A stretch of 64,000 nt of DNA from Octopus bimaculoides (Eukaryota): contig NC_068994.1 in NCBI RefSeq assembly GCF_001194135.2, positions 44,463,597-44,527,596 of the forward strand. Reading direction: 5' to 3'. Positions 13,281-26,187 of the stretch are shown one piece after another (the stretch's first letter is position 1; each line of letters opens with the position of its first letter). The notes below the pieces were generated by a model. The model was given only the letters and a program-made list of their open reading frames with translations, was not told where the DNA came from and did not search any database. The translations under genes were made by a program, and so were the position numbers.

Positions 13281-13513
13281 AACAACAAACAAGATGAGGA
13301 CAAATATCCGTCAAATGTAAATAATGTAAATAATTTGTCTAGCATATAGAATATTTGTCTCAAATATAGAGCATATGTTTGACTTGTATGTTTGACAGAC
13401 TTCTGATATACAGAACAGGTGCTTTATATATGGAACATGTTACCTGAAATATGAAGTATAACTGACATGTTTTAATGATGATGAATTGGTGGTGTTACAT
13501 TCTGGGATTGTAA

Positions 13514-13714
13514 GGCGCTGAGCGGGCAGAAACGTTAGCACCCCGGACAAAGTGCTTAGCAGTATTTCGCATGTCGCTACGTTCTGAGTTCAAATTCTGC
13601 CGAGGTCGACTTTGCTTTTCATTCTTTCGGGGTCAATAAATTAAGTACCAGTTGTGTACTGGAGTCAACGAAATCAACTGGCCCCACATCCGCCTTGTGC
13701 CTATTGTAGAAAGG
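13514..13714 (+). mobile_element. SINE family A (CORE-like), near full length
   Basis: ggcgctgagcgggcagaaacgttagc...gttctgagttcaaattc...gtcgactttgcttttcattctttcggggtcaataaattaagtaccag. Confidence 0.85.
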
Positions 13715-13834
13715 GTTATATATTGGGATTGTGGTGATGGTGATGGTAGTGGTGTACACTTCAGTAAAGGTGATGGTGATGGGGTGAGGTTTGTACTTTA
13801 GCAATATTATTGTCTGTGGTGGTTGTGGTTGAAG

Positions 13835-14075
13835 TTGTTTAACCCTAGTCAAGCTCTGGTGGAGCAGGCCTATGATCAAAGAAAGGTATTCCATTCATGA
13901 TTAGCCTGTCTTCTCTCAAGCACTTGTTTATCTAGGACTATCATCCAATGTGTTCAGCTCTCTCTCTTCCCATCTCTCTCCCTCACTCTCTCGCTCTCTC
14001 TTTCTTTCTCTCTCTCTTTCCCAAGACAATTGAGTGTAGGGTGTCATTTGGGGACGTTTTGGCTACTATTTCTAT
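13835..14075 (-). mobile_element. Family I interspersed repeat (ctagaaatagcagccaaa...ggggctaaacaac type)
   Basis: Reverse complement of the copies at 19952-23870. Confidence 0.6.
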
Positions 14076-14096
14076 ACACCAGTTATAGTGATGGTA

Positions 14097-14133
<37 letters not shown>

Positions 14134-14141
14134 ATGTGTGC

Positions 14142-14180
<39 letters not shown>

Positions 14181-14949
14181 TACATGTGTGTGTTATGCAT
14201 TAGTGATAATGTTGTTAGTAGTCAATGTTATACTTTAATGGTATAAGTGGTGGCTGTAGTGGTGATGGTAGTAGTGGGGAAAAGGTATGTTTATAGGTTA
14301 GTAGTGATGTTAATAGTGGTGGGGAGTGTTGGCCATAGTGGTGGTGTTATACATGTAGTATAACATCGAAAATATTTTAGTTTTTATTGATGGAGGAGAT
14401 CCTATATAGTTTTAGAGATGCGAATGTTGGTGATCGTGGTGGTGATGGTGGTGGTGGGGGTACTGCTGCTGTTGCTGCTGGTGATAGTTGGGACGATGGT
14501 TTGTAGTTGAACTAAACAAATGAAATTATTTAGGATGTCATTCATACAAAGACATTTATTGAATGAAACAAAAACAAGAAAAAAAGAAAACGAAAAAAAA
14601 AAAAGCAAGACATTTATTTATATATTTATATATTTATTCGGTTTCTTTGGGTGTTTTTTTTTCATCAAACATTTATTCAAACATTCATTCAAGTATTTCT
14701 TCAGTCAAAAGAAAAGTAAATAAAATAAATAAATAAATAAACAAATAGATAAAAAAAAAACCTTCAATTAAGCATTCAACTGGCGACCATTCATCGAATC
14801 CAACATTTATTTAGTCAAATCTTTTGAGTCAAACATTCATTCAGTCAACTTTTCAATCATACAATCAGTTAAATGTTCATTCATTAGTCATTTGAATCGC
14901 TGTTGTTTTTGTTCTTTAATATGACTGATGTATTTGATTATTTCTTGCC

Positions 14950-16387
14950 AAACGCCACCATACACACACACACACATGCATGCACACACTGTCAGCAAAA
15001 ACACGCACCTACCCTTACATGTGCATTCTTTTGCTCTTATGCACGCAGACACAGATATGCAGGAGCTCATACATACACAAATACACATATAGACACATAT
15101 ATATATATATATACACAAACACACACACACACACGCACATACACACACATATATATAATATGCCTTGCATTGCATCTTTCCATATATTAGATATTCATTC
15201 ACAAACACACACTTTATAGTACATGCATACACTTACACACACACACACACACACCAAATGCAAATGCAAAACTCCGCCATCACTTCTACCAAATACTACC
15301 ACCCACTATTCAAGTTGTCTACACACACATGCATACACTCACACACACAAACACATGCACACATACACAAGCACACATATGCATACAGGTCCATAAGCAC
15401 ACACAGATACACACAAACACATACACACACACATGCATGTGCTTCATAAGTGAAATTTACTATTGCACTTACACACATGTAAGCACACAGACTCACACAT
15501 GCACGCAAGCACACACACATGCACGCAAGCACACACACATTCTTGTTCAGCCACCATAACCTGTATTCAACTTGCATGCTCTTGCTAAATGTACACGCGC
15601 ACACACACACACACACATAATTCCTTACTGATGAGCCCCCCCCCCCAACTATTCAAGCTGCACACGCGCACACACACACACAAACAAACACACACACATG
15701 CATACGTACAGATGTTCTCATGCAAACACAAGCGCGTGCGCACACACACACACATGTATATGTACAGATGTGCTCATGCAAATACACACATACAAATATA
15801 CACACGCAAGCATGCATACATACAAATGTGAAAATACACACACACACTACTCTGCTCTTCAATATCACAGCTACTATTCAACACATGAACACACACACAT
15901 AAACAGAAGTACACATGCACGTACATACACGCACATACATGCGCGTGCAACCCTAGTCAGTAACACTAGTCCCATTCTACACACACACCAATATCATCAG
16001 TACCATTCCACAAAACACGCGCACACACACTCATGCACACACACACATACGCACATATGCACGCATACATGCACACACACACATGCACAGAAATACACAC
16101 ATACATGCACACACTCACACACATGCATGCGCATGCCCACATACACATACATGCACACGCGCATGCATACGCACACACATACATACATACACACACACAC
16201 ATGCGTACACATACACATACATGCATGCATACTCACAAATACACATACTCAGAAATACACACATTCACGTACGCGCAGGCACGCACACACACACACACAC
16301 ACTTATGCACGCGCAGGCATACACACACACATACACTTCCCTAGTCATCAATATCACAACTACCATTCCACATGCCTCCTCCCACAT

Positions 16388-16426
<39 letters not shown>

Positions 16427-16430
16427 CACA
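14950..16430. repeat. Imperfect (CA)/(TA)/(CATG) alternating purine-pyrimidine tract
   Basis: About 1.5 kb of cacacatgcatacac-type sequence; source of the His/Thr-rich spurious ORFs. Confidence 0.9.
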
Positions 16431-16509
16431 ACACAATCCATCCACCATCGCCACCACCACCACCACCATTACTAACTACCCCTCCTCGCTGCCCAACCTT
16501 AACCACGTC

Positions 16510-16720
16510 CTCTCCTCCTGCTCCAGAATGTAAGGCAGAGTTTTTACAGTATTATTCAAGGGACTGTCATCAGCGAAGACAGCTCTCAGTGCTGATTGGA
16601 ATTTCACAGATAGAATTATCAAGAACAATGGCAGGGAGAACCCTGGAAAGCCAATGCTGCTTGCTTCGACCCAATTTCAAAGACTGCTGCTTTTCGATAG
16701 ATCAGCCATCCCCTGTGCAT
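16510..16720 (-). mobile_element. Decayed non-LTR reverse-transcriptase fragment
   Basis: Minus strand WLIYRKAAVFEIGSKQAALAFQGS, frameshift, LPLFLIILSVKFQSALRAVFADDS; resembles RT motifs PQGS...PLLF...FADD. Confidence 0.5.
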
Positions 16721-16974
16721 TCAAATGGTGGTGGTGGTAGTGGTGGCGGTGGCGGTGTTGGTAGTGACGGTGGCAGCAATAGTAAAGATAGTGGTGGTGG
16801 CAGCAGCAGTAGTAGTAGTGGTGGTGGTAGTAGTAGTTTCTGTTGCTGCTGCTGTTGTAGGCTCAGTGAGAAGAAGAAGAAAACCATAGTTCATTGTACT
16901 AATAGCAGCAGATATGCTGTATTGGGATATTGAGTGGATGTGTTGAAAGCAGCAGCAGTAGTAGCAGTAGTAGC

Positions 16975-17005
<31 letters not shown>

Positions 17006-17522
17006 ATTTCGGGTTGCAATATAATGTTATATCAATAATACTAGTAGTCGATACACTAGTAGCATGAATGGAGATGGGAAGGGCTACAGTGATGGTGGGG
17101 GGANNNNNNNNNNNNNNNNNNNNNNNNNNNNNNNNNNNNNNNNNNNNNNNNNNNNNNNNNNNNNNNNNNNNNNNNNNNNNNNNNNNNNNNNNNNNNNNNN
17201 NNNNNNNNNNNNNNNNNNNNNNNNNNNNNNNNGGGGAGGAGGGTGGCAGCAATGACAACAATGACTACAACGATGACAACGATGATGATGATGATGATGA
17301 TAATGATGACCACAATGATGATGATGATGGTGGTGGTGGTAATGGTGGTGCAGTGTGGTTGGCAGTTGTAACAGTGGTGGTGGTGGTGGTGATGGTGGCA
17401 GCGACGGCGGCAACAGTAGTAGTAGTAGCAATAGTAGTAGTAGTAGTAGTAGTAGTAGTAGCAGCTACTGTGGAAAATAGAGTAGCAGCATCACCATTGC
17501 TAATAACAGTAGTAGTAGTAGC

Positions 17523-17565
<43 letters not shown>

Positions 17566-18898
17566 ATAGTAGTAGTAGTAGTAATAGTAGTAGTCACAGC
17601 AGTAGTAGTAGTAGTAGTAGTGTCAACAGCAGCAGCTGCTGCAGCAACTACAAGGGCTGCACCAGCAACACAACCACCACCACCAACAACAACAACAGCA
17701 GCAACAGCAACACCACCAGTAGCAGCAGCAACAGCAACACCACCAGTAGCAGCAGCAGCAACAATAGTAGTAGAAGCACAAGAACTAACAATACCGTACA
17801 TACATCAACAGCATCGACAAGAAACACTATCAACGCCGGCAACAGCTGCAGCAGCAATACTATTGTCACTACAATCAGCAGCGCCACCTTCATCGATAAC
17901 AGCAGCAGTAACAACAACGCAACCACCAGTAGCAGCAGCACAATATCGCCATCGAAAACACCATTACCATCATTATCATCATCGTCACCATCATTACTAT
18001 CATTATCATCATCATCACCATCATCATCATTTCTAACACCAGCAACACTTTCAACACCATCGCCTTCAACGTTTGCAACGGCGTAAGCACCAGTAGGATA
18101 ACAATATCAAACAAGACGACCACAACTACACCATTGTCGTCTTCCTTGATAACATCGCCAGCATCACAGTCAAGAACGACAACAAACACAACACAACAGC
18201 CAGCTAGTAGCACAACAAAACTGCCACGACACCGCCACCGACAATTTCGCTAATAACAACATCATCAACAACAACAACCACCACAACAACCGCAACATCA
18301 ACATCGATGCAATCACCACATTCGCCAGCAATACTGTGGCCTGTAGCACAATAATGATCGACAACAAACGCTGCCGCCAACTCTAGTAACACAACAATAT
18401 CAACATAAACATTTACTATCATCACCTTTGCCAATAACAACACATGATCAGACCACCAGTAATGCTACAATAACAACATCAACATCAACAGCAACACCAC
18501 GATCTGTTGTTCGACAATATGTCCAGCAATAACACCTTTACTTTTATCAATAATGATAACATAACTACCAATAACACAGTCGTATAAACATCAGTAACAA
18601 CACAATGTCTAATATCACAATAATGTCGACGTGTACATCATTTGCTATCTAAACCAATAACAACACAGGCATTAGAAACATAACAATATGTCCATCAATA
18701 ACGCCACCATCTTCACCAACAATGCAACAATATCAACACCAATATGACCGTTTATCAACAACAACAATACCACCTTCATCAATAATGACAATACAACCAC
18801 TAGTAATGTAGTAGTATAAACATCAACATTACTAGTAACAGTACCATTAATTGCATGACAACATCAATAGTAACAAACACTTTGTCAATAACAACAAC

Positions 18899-19340
18899 AT
18901 GACCCTAATAATGCAACGATATCAAGATCAACAACATAACCAGCTCCAATAACAAGATGACCCCTAATAATGCAGCAATATCAACATCAACCCCATTTCC
19001 ACCTTCACGAATATCAAAAACAATATGACCCCTTCCACGCCACCAATAATGTAACAATATCAAAATCAGCACCACCACCGTCATCACCTTTTCCAATAAC
19101 AACAACGTGACCCCTAAAGATATGACAATATCAACATCAACACCATTGCCACCTTCACCAATATCAACAACAATATGACTCCCCCCCCCCACCAATAACG
19201 CAACAACATCGAAATCAACACCACCACCTTCTCCAATAGCTACAATATGACCCCTAATAATGCAACAATTCAACATCAACATCATTGCCACCTTCAAGAA
19301 TATCAACAACAATATGATCCCTAATAACACAACAATATGT
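18899..19340 (+). repeat. Minisatellite of ~60-85-bp units starting atgaccc, alternating A/B types
   Basis: Units begin near 18899, 18957, 19025, 19107, 19175, 19247 and 19314. Confidence 0.65.
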
Positions 19341-20430
19341 CCATCAAAAAACAATACTGTTATTATTTAGTTGCACAACAACACCAACATCAACAACATT
19401 ATCACCTTCACCAATAATAACAAAACAACCACAATATATACAAACCACAATATGTCCACCAACAAACAACAAACACCATCTTCACCAATAACAACAACAA
19501 CAACATGGGGACCATCACCCACCCCAATAACAAAACAATATCAACACCACCAGCACCACTACCACCACCACCACCACCACATTCACAATCAACACCATTG
19601 CCACCACCTTCCCCAGTACCACCCTACCATCAAAAATAGCACAACACCATCAATAAATACATTATCATCATCATCGTCATCATCATCATTGTCATCATCA
19701 TCATCATTGTCATCATCATCATAGTCATCATCGCTGTCATCATCATCATCATCATCATCGCCGTCATCATCATCATCATCATCATAGTCATCATCGTTGT
19801 AGTCGTTGTCATCATCTTCATCGCCATCATCATCATCATCATCGCCGTCATCATCATCGCCGTCATCATCATCGCTGTCATCATCATAACCAACACCACC
19901 ATCTCATTTATTTACCAAGCAAATGTGGGAACCTTTACATGGTCGTTCGACCTGCTAAAAACAGCAGCCAAACCTTCCTCAAATCACACCTGATTGTCTT
20001 AAAAGTAAAGGACATGTTGGCTAATGTCGTTGTGGTTGTCTTCAAAGACAGGAGGAAAAAAAAAAAAAGGACAGGATGGGCATGACAGGAATGCTGTTTG
20101 CTGCTCATAAACCTGCTCCTACAGGGCTGACCTAGGGCTAAATAACAACAACAACAATAACAGCAACGATACTCCCCCCCTATCCCACTAAATAATCGCA
20201 CCACCATCAACGACATCACCATCATCATCATCACCATTATCATCACTATCACCATTATCATCATCATCACCATCATCATCATCAACAGCAGCAGTAGTAA
20301 CGCAAAACAACTGCACTCCCTCCACCCACGACCATCCCACTCTAACCACCCACCCCTCCAAAAAAAATCAACAGCACCACCACCACCAACAACAACAACA
20401 ACAGCAGCAGCACCTCCAGCAGCAACCACA

Positions 20431-20468
<38 letters not shown>

Positions 20469-21141
20469 AGAAACGGCAGCAGCAGTATCATTAGCAACAG
20501 CAATAGCAACATCAGAAACAGTGCCAATAACAACAACAACAGCAGCAGCAGCAGTTGTAGCATCACCAATACACAGGACCAGCAGCGGCAGCAGCGGCAG
20601 CAGCAGCAACACAACTAAGACAACAGTAATACCAACACCATAACAACAAGAACTCCACCACCTTCACACCACCACAACATCAACATCAACATCAACAACA
20701 ATGAACCAATGAGAGAACCTCTATGCAGTTATTCAATCTGCTAGAAATAGTAGCCAAATCCCCCCTCGAATCACACATCACCATCTTAGCTGTATAATTT
20801 AAGTTTTAGTCCTTTTTTTCCTTGCTGATACGAAAAAAAAACAAATATGGGATGGGACGGGATGGCCACAGCTGGAATGACCTGGGACGAAACAACAACA
20901 ACAACAATATCATCATCAACAAATCTCCAACAACCATCAAACCATTGCTAATTGTAGTAACAGTGCCATTCATAAAAGCTGTGCCTAACATGTTAACATT
21001 AAAAACTGAGAGAGCCACTGCATGGTGGCTCAACTTGCAAGAAATAGCAGCTAAATTTCCCTCAAATTAACTCCACACCCTCACGTCCTGTTGCCTTAAA
21101 AAGCGAGAGACACAGCGAACAATGCTGTCTTAGATATTCAC

Positions 21142-22262
21142 GTTGAAGGTGCGTGGCTAAGTGGTTAAGGTAATTGGCTCACATTCGTAAGGCCGTGAGT
21201 TCAATTTCAGGCAGTGCATTGTTGTCCTTGAGCAAGACACTTTATTTCATGTTGCTCCAGTCCACTCAGCTGGCAAAAATGAGAAGTACCTGTAATTCAC
21301 AAGGGCCAGCCTTGTCACATTCTGTGTTACATTGAATTTCCCTGAGAACTACATTAAGGGTACGCGAAGTGGCTGTGTGGTAAGTAGCTTGCTTACCAAC
21401 CACATCGTTCCGGGTTCAGTCCCACTGCGTGGCACCTGGGGCAAGTGTTTTCTAGTACTGCCTCGGGCCGACCAAAGCCTTGTGAGTGGAATTGGTTGAC
21501 GGAAACTGAAAGAAGCCCGTCGTATATATGCATGTGTGTGTGTGTGTGTGTCTGTGTGTGTATGTTTGTGTGTCTGTGTTTGTCCATTGCTTGGCAATCG
21601 ATGCTGGTGTGTTTACGTCCCTGTAACTTAGCGGTGCGACAAAAGAGACCGATAGAATAAGTACCAGGCTTACAAAGAAAGATTCCTGGGTCGATTTGCT
21701 CGACTATAGCTGGTGCTCCAGCATGGCAGCAGTCAAATAACTGAAACAAGTAAAAGGAATAAAGGATAAAAGAATATGCATATACATGCACTCATATTTT
21801 CACGCTGTTCATTTTAAGACCTACTGATGTCCAGTTCTGTCAGCATGGTCTGCAGCTGATCTATGGTTTGGCCGATGAGTACGATGTCACCAGTGCAACG
21901 GATGTGTGTTAGTAGCTCACCGTTGATATTCACCCCATCTGTTCATTGAATGTCGCTGATAGTAGTTTATAGACATGTCCATATTAATACAAAGGTACAC
22001 ACATGCATATATATCTATTTATATACATGTACGTATATGAAAAAATATATGAATTAATGCATGNNNNNNNNNNGATTTGATTCGACTAAAGGCGGTGCTC
22101 CAGCATGGCTGCAGTCAAATGACCCAAAACAAGTAAAAGAGTAAAAGAGAGTAAAGAGAGTGTCTGTGGAGTTCTCAGCCACTTGTATATTAACTTCACA
22201 GGCAGGCTGTTCCATTAATTGGATCAACTGGAACCCTCGTCGTCGTAACTGACAGAGAGCCA
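21142..22262 (+). mobile_element. SINE family E split by a nested ~795-bp insertion
   Basis: E copy reads to ...cattaagggtac (21363) and resumes at gtgtctgtggagttctcagcc (about 22160); the intact junction is seen at 36112-36140. Confidence 0.75.
21364..21775 (+). mobile_element. SINE family B, full length, with internal (TG)n
   Basis: Head gtggctgtgtggtaag, B-box-like gggttcagtcc, body gggcaagtgt..ccgaccaaagccttgtgagtgg, tail ctgaaacaagtaaaag. Confidence 0.9.
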
Positions 22263-25004
22263 CACTGACATGATGGGCATGGCTAGAACACCCTTTGGAT
22301 CAGGGATGACCTGGGCTGGGACAGGGTTAAATAGTAACAACAACAACAACAACAGCAACAGCAACAACAACAAACGCAGTCAATAACAAACAATGCAAGA
22401 GAGCCTGTAAGCAGTTACACACCCTGCTAGAAACAGAAATAGCAACCATATCACCCTCAAATCAAAGCTGCTGTCTTATGCAAGGAAGGACATGTGTAAT
22501 ACAGTGCTTGAGATATGGAATGGTCATGTCTGGATTGACTTTGACCATGTATTGGGTCTGCCTTGTCATTGCTTACCTGGGGTCTAAACCACAACTGCTG
22601 CTGTTGCTACTACTACTACTACTACTACTACTGCAGCCAGTATTACCACCTCCACCACTAACACAATCACTACCCCACCACGACGACCATCACCACCACC
22701 ACCACTGTTAACATTACACCACCACGATCAATAATACCACCAACAACAACAACCACAACAACAACAGTACCAAGGCCACCAACCAATGCCACCACCATCA
22801 TCACCATCACCATCATTAATCACCCCCGTCGCTGCCAACGCCACCACCACCACCACTGCTCCCCACACTGACAATGCAAACCAACACCACCACCAGCAAT
22901 CTCACTCCTGCCACCACCACCACCACCACCACTAGCTTCAACACCAACAATACCATCACTACTACCAGCACCACAACCACTACTACCACCACCACCACCA
23001 CCACCACCACTACCACCACAACCACCACAAATACCAGATTGCCACCAACATCAAAATAACCACCACCAGTACCATTGCCATCTCCACCACCACCACTACC
23101 ACCAATGCCACCACCACACCACCACTGCCCCTAATACCATCAATACTATTGACAACATCAACACCACTAACTCTCTACAACAACACCAACCAAAAAAAAA
23201 AAGAACCTTTATATGACCATCCAATGTTGTGAGAAACAACAGCCACACCTCCCTCAAATCACAACCTATTACCTTACTTAAAGATACACTGGAGAAAATG
23301 TAGTCCCTGATATTCAGATTGACAGAATGGTCGTGAATGGAACACCTCCCATCATAAGTCTCCACATTCAGTTCTGACCTAGGGTTAAATAATCACAGTG
23401 CACTAGCACCAACACATGTCAACATGGGGGGAGCCATTATGAGGTCAACCAAACTGCCCAGAAATAGCAGCTAAATCCTCTTTAAATCACATCATGCTGT
23501 CTTTAAAAAACAATGGAAGAACACATTGGATAATATAGTGTTAGATATGTTATGTTTTAAAATATAATTGGATGGTCATATGTGGAACACCTTTGGACAT
23601 GTCTGTTTAATCATAGCTGTCAATCTTTGGTCTTTTCGGTCAAGACTAACCTAGGGTTAAATAACATCGACATCAACAAGATTATGAATGCCATAAGCCA
23701 ATGAAGGAGCTTGAACCGCTAGAAATAGCAGCCAAATCTCCTTTGGTTAAAACCCTGCGCTTGTCAGTCCAAAGTACACGCAAGGCGAGGAAAAAAATTT
23801 GATGGGATGGTCATTGTTGGACTAACTTTGATCATAGGACTGAGTTGATAAGGGACTCCAACAACAAGAACTACACTAAAAACAACACCGACAACAAGAG
23901 GGACGATAAGAACAACAACAACAACACCGCCAACACAATCAATATTGACACCACCAGGACCAGGACCAACAAAACCATGACCACCACCACCACAACCACC
24001 ACCACTACCACCACGTACACTAATACCAACAATAACAGCGAAGGCACCACCAACGCCAACACCAATACAAACATCAGCGCCAACACCATCGCCAATGTCA
24101 GAGCTTTAACAACAACAACAACAACAACAACGTCAAACGCGCCACCACCGCCACCACCAACAACATCAGAGCCACCACCAGCACCACAACAGCAGTAACA
24201 GCAGCAGTAGGTGAGGAAGCTGCCTAGTTGTAGTTCTCTACCAAACTCTGGTATATTTGGTGTTTTACTAGCAACAACAGCAGCAGCTGCTATAGTAGTG
24301 CACACTTGATGCACACTGGTGATGTTGTTATTGTGTGCCAGCGGAGAGGACGATAGCGGCGGCGGCGGTAACGGCGGCGGCAGCGACGGTGGTAGCGGCG
24401 GCGGCAGCAGCGGTAGCAGCGGTAACGGCGGCGGTAGCGGCGGCGGCAGCAGCGGTAGCGGCGGTAGCGGTGAAGGTGGTGGTGTGAGGGGGCCTTCAGT
24501 TGTTAGCACAGCTGACGATGTTGATGATGACGATGATAAGGAAAAGCAACGATGATGATGATGATGATGATGGTGATGCTGGCTTCTATCGTTACCACCA
24601 CAGCTGCTGATGATGCTGATTGACAATGACGACGACGACGACGGGTGAGATGTTGCTTCCTTCTGTTGTTATCACAGCTAATGCTAATGATGACGACGAT
24701 GTTGATGACGATGACGACGATGATAATGATGTCTTCTGTTGTTACCACAGCTGATGTTGATGATAATGATGACAACGATGATGATGATGTTGATGATGAT
24801 GGTGGTGGTGATGCTTCCTTCTGTTGTTAAAGGTCACAGTTGATGCTGTTGTTAAGGTGATGCTGCTGTTGGGAGACAACAGTGATGGGTAAATGATGAA
24901 TGATGATGACAATGAAGACGACGACGACGACGATGATGATGATAGTGATGATGATGATGATGGTGATGGTGATGATGATGGTGGCTATAAAACTTGATGC
25001 TGTT

Positions 25005-26187
25005 GCTTTCAAACGTCGTTTATTTTAGCCCCAGGTCAACTCTGATCAAGCAGACAAGGGACCTTGTACGACTGACTGATGTAGTATTCCAAACCATGAC
25101 CATCCCGTCTATTTTTGTTTGTTTCTTTTTTTCTTTCCACTTTTATTTTTTTTTATATATATATATTTTGTTACTCAAACATATTGTATGCCTCCAAGAA
25201 CTAACCACATCATTATTCTGTGTGACCCCCACCCCATTTCATTTTGTGGGAGATTCGGCTGTGATTTCTAGCAAACCATATGACCACATTGAAGCTCCTT
25301 TGTTGGCCCCCTAGTTACAATACAGATGTTATTGATTTGTTGATGATGATGGTGGTAATGATGGTGATGGTGGTGGTGGTGGTGGCAATAGGAGAGGTGG
25401 TGACAGCAGTTGTGTGGTGGGGGTTGGGGGGGGAAGATGTTGTTGTTGTTGTTATGGGTTTAGCTCCCATCCAGGTCATTCAAGCAGACCTATTAATCAA
25501 GTAATGTATATTCCAGGCATGACCATCCCATCTTCGTGAGATGGTGCCTCGGACTAAATTTAACCTAATGTACCTGTGCCCACCTTATCTTTTTTTAAGA
25601 TGATGGAGTGTTCTGAGGGAGATTATTATGTTGTTTTTTTTTTGTTTAGGCTGTTATTTCCAGCAGTAGGTCAAGCCTCCACTCAGATGCTATTGTTGTT
25701 ATTACTGTTGTTGTTGTTATTGGTGATGGTGGTGGTGATGGTGGTGGTGGTGCTCTGTTGTTGATGATGGTGGTGGTGGTGGTGGTGGTGGCAGTGGTGC
25801 TCTGTTGTTGATGATGATGATGATGATGGTGGTGATGGTGATGATGATGATTGTGATTGCAACAGTAAAAGGTGATGTGGAAGGACGCTGTGACTTGTTG
25901 ATGTTGGTGTCGATGTTGATGTCGTGGTTGTTTGTTTTCAATGGGAATGTTGATATCATTGTCACTGCTACAACTGCTAATAATGTTGCTACTGACGATG
26001 ATGATGATGATGATGATGATGACAGCAATGACAATGACAAAATGATGGTGGTGGTGGTGGTGGTGGTGGTGCTTTAGTTGTAATGATATTGTCGTTTTTG
26101 CCCCCAAGTCGACCCAGATTGGACAAACCTATTATCAATCAGAATTCTTCCAGCCATGACTACCTCATCTGTTTCCTTTTTTTTTTT
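25005..26187 (-). mobile_element. Family I repeats, minus orientation (three copies)
   Basis: tttagccccaggtc...ggctgtgatttctagc at about 25005-25270, 25445-25675 and 26085-26187. Confidence 0.6.

Larger units (their letters stand above)
12938..13334. mobile_element. Composite element: inverted hammerhead-bearing arms flanking a tRNA-like Pol III head and an (AAT)n(AAC)n spacer
   Basis: Left arm 12938-13093 is the reverse complement of right arm 13216-13334; A-box-like TGGCATAGAGG 13091-13101; B-box GTTCGATTCC 13136-13145. Confidence 0.8.
11780..13470. repeat. Degenerate ~18-22-bp minisatellite (gatatacagaacatgttt-like), interrupted by SINE insertions
   Basis: Recurrent ata(c/t)agaaca..tgt(t/c)t units at 11780-12045, 12450-12595, 12895-12937 and 13335-13470. 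Confidence 0.7.
19952..23870 (+). mobile_element. Cluster of family I repeats, plus orientation, (AAC)n-tailed
   Basis: Copies at about 19952-20160, 20738-20905, 21038-21110 (head only), 22424-22595, 23215-23390, 23455-23665 and 23715-23870 share ctagaaa(t/c)agcagc(c/t)aaa..cctcaaatcac and gacct(a/g)ggg(c/t)taaa. Confidence 0.65.

Noticed and set aside
16510-16720. Unique island as a protocadherin or other host exon
   Set aside because: Minus-strand acceptors lack pyrimidine tracts, and the QGS...FADD pattern fits an RT remnant better. Its CTGATGA-CAGT..ACTG is followed by TAAAA, not GAAA, so it is not a hammerhead.
14888-26107. His/Thr, poly-Val, poly-Thr and poly-His ORFs (e.g. 15698-16933, 17068-18036, 23871-24626) as mucin-like or biomineralisation proteins
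   Set aside because: They are open in several frames on both strands, as expected from di- and trinucleotide repeats; no signal peptide or splice structure.
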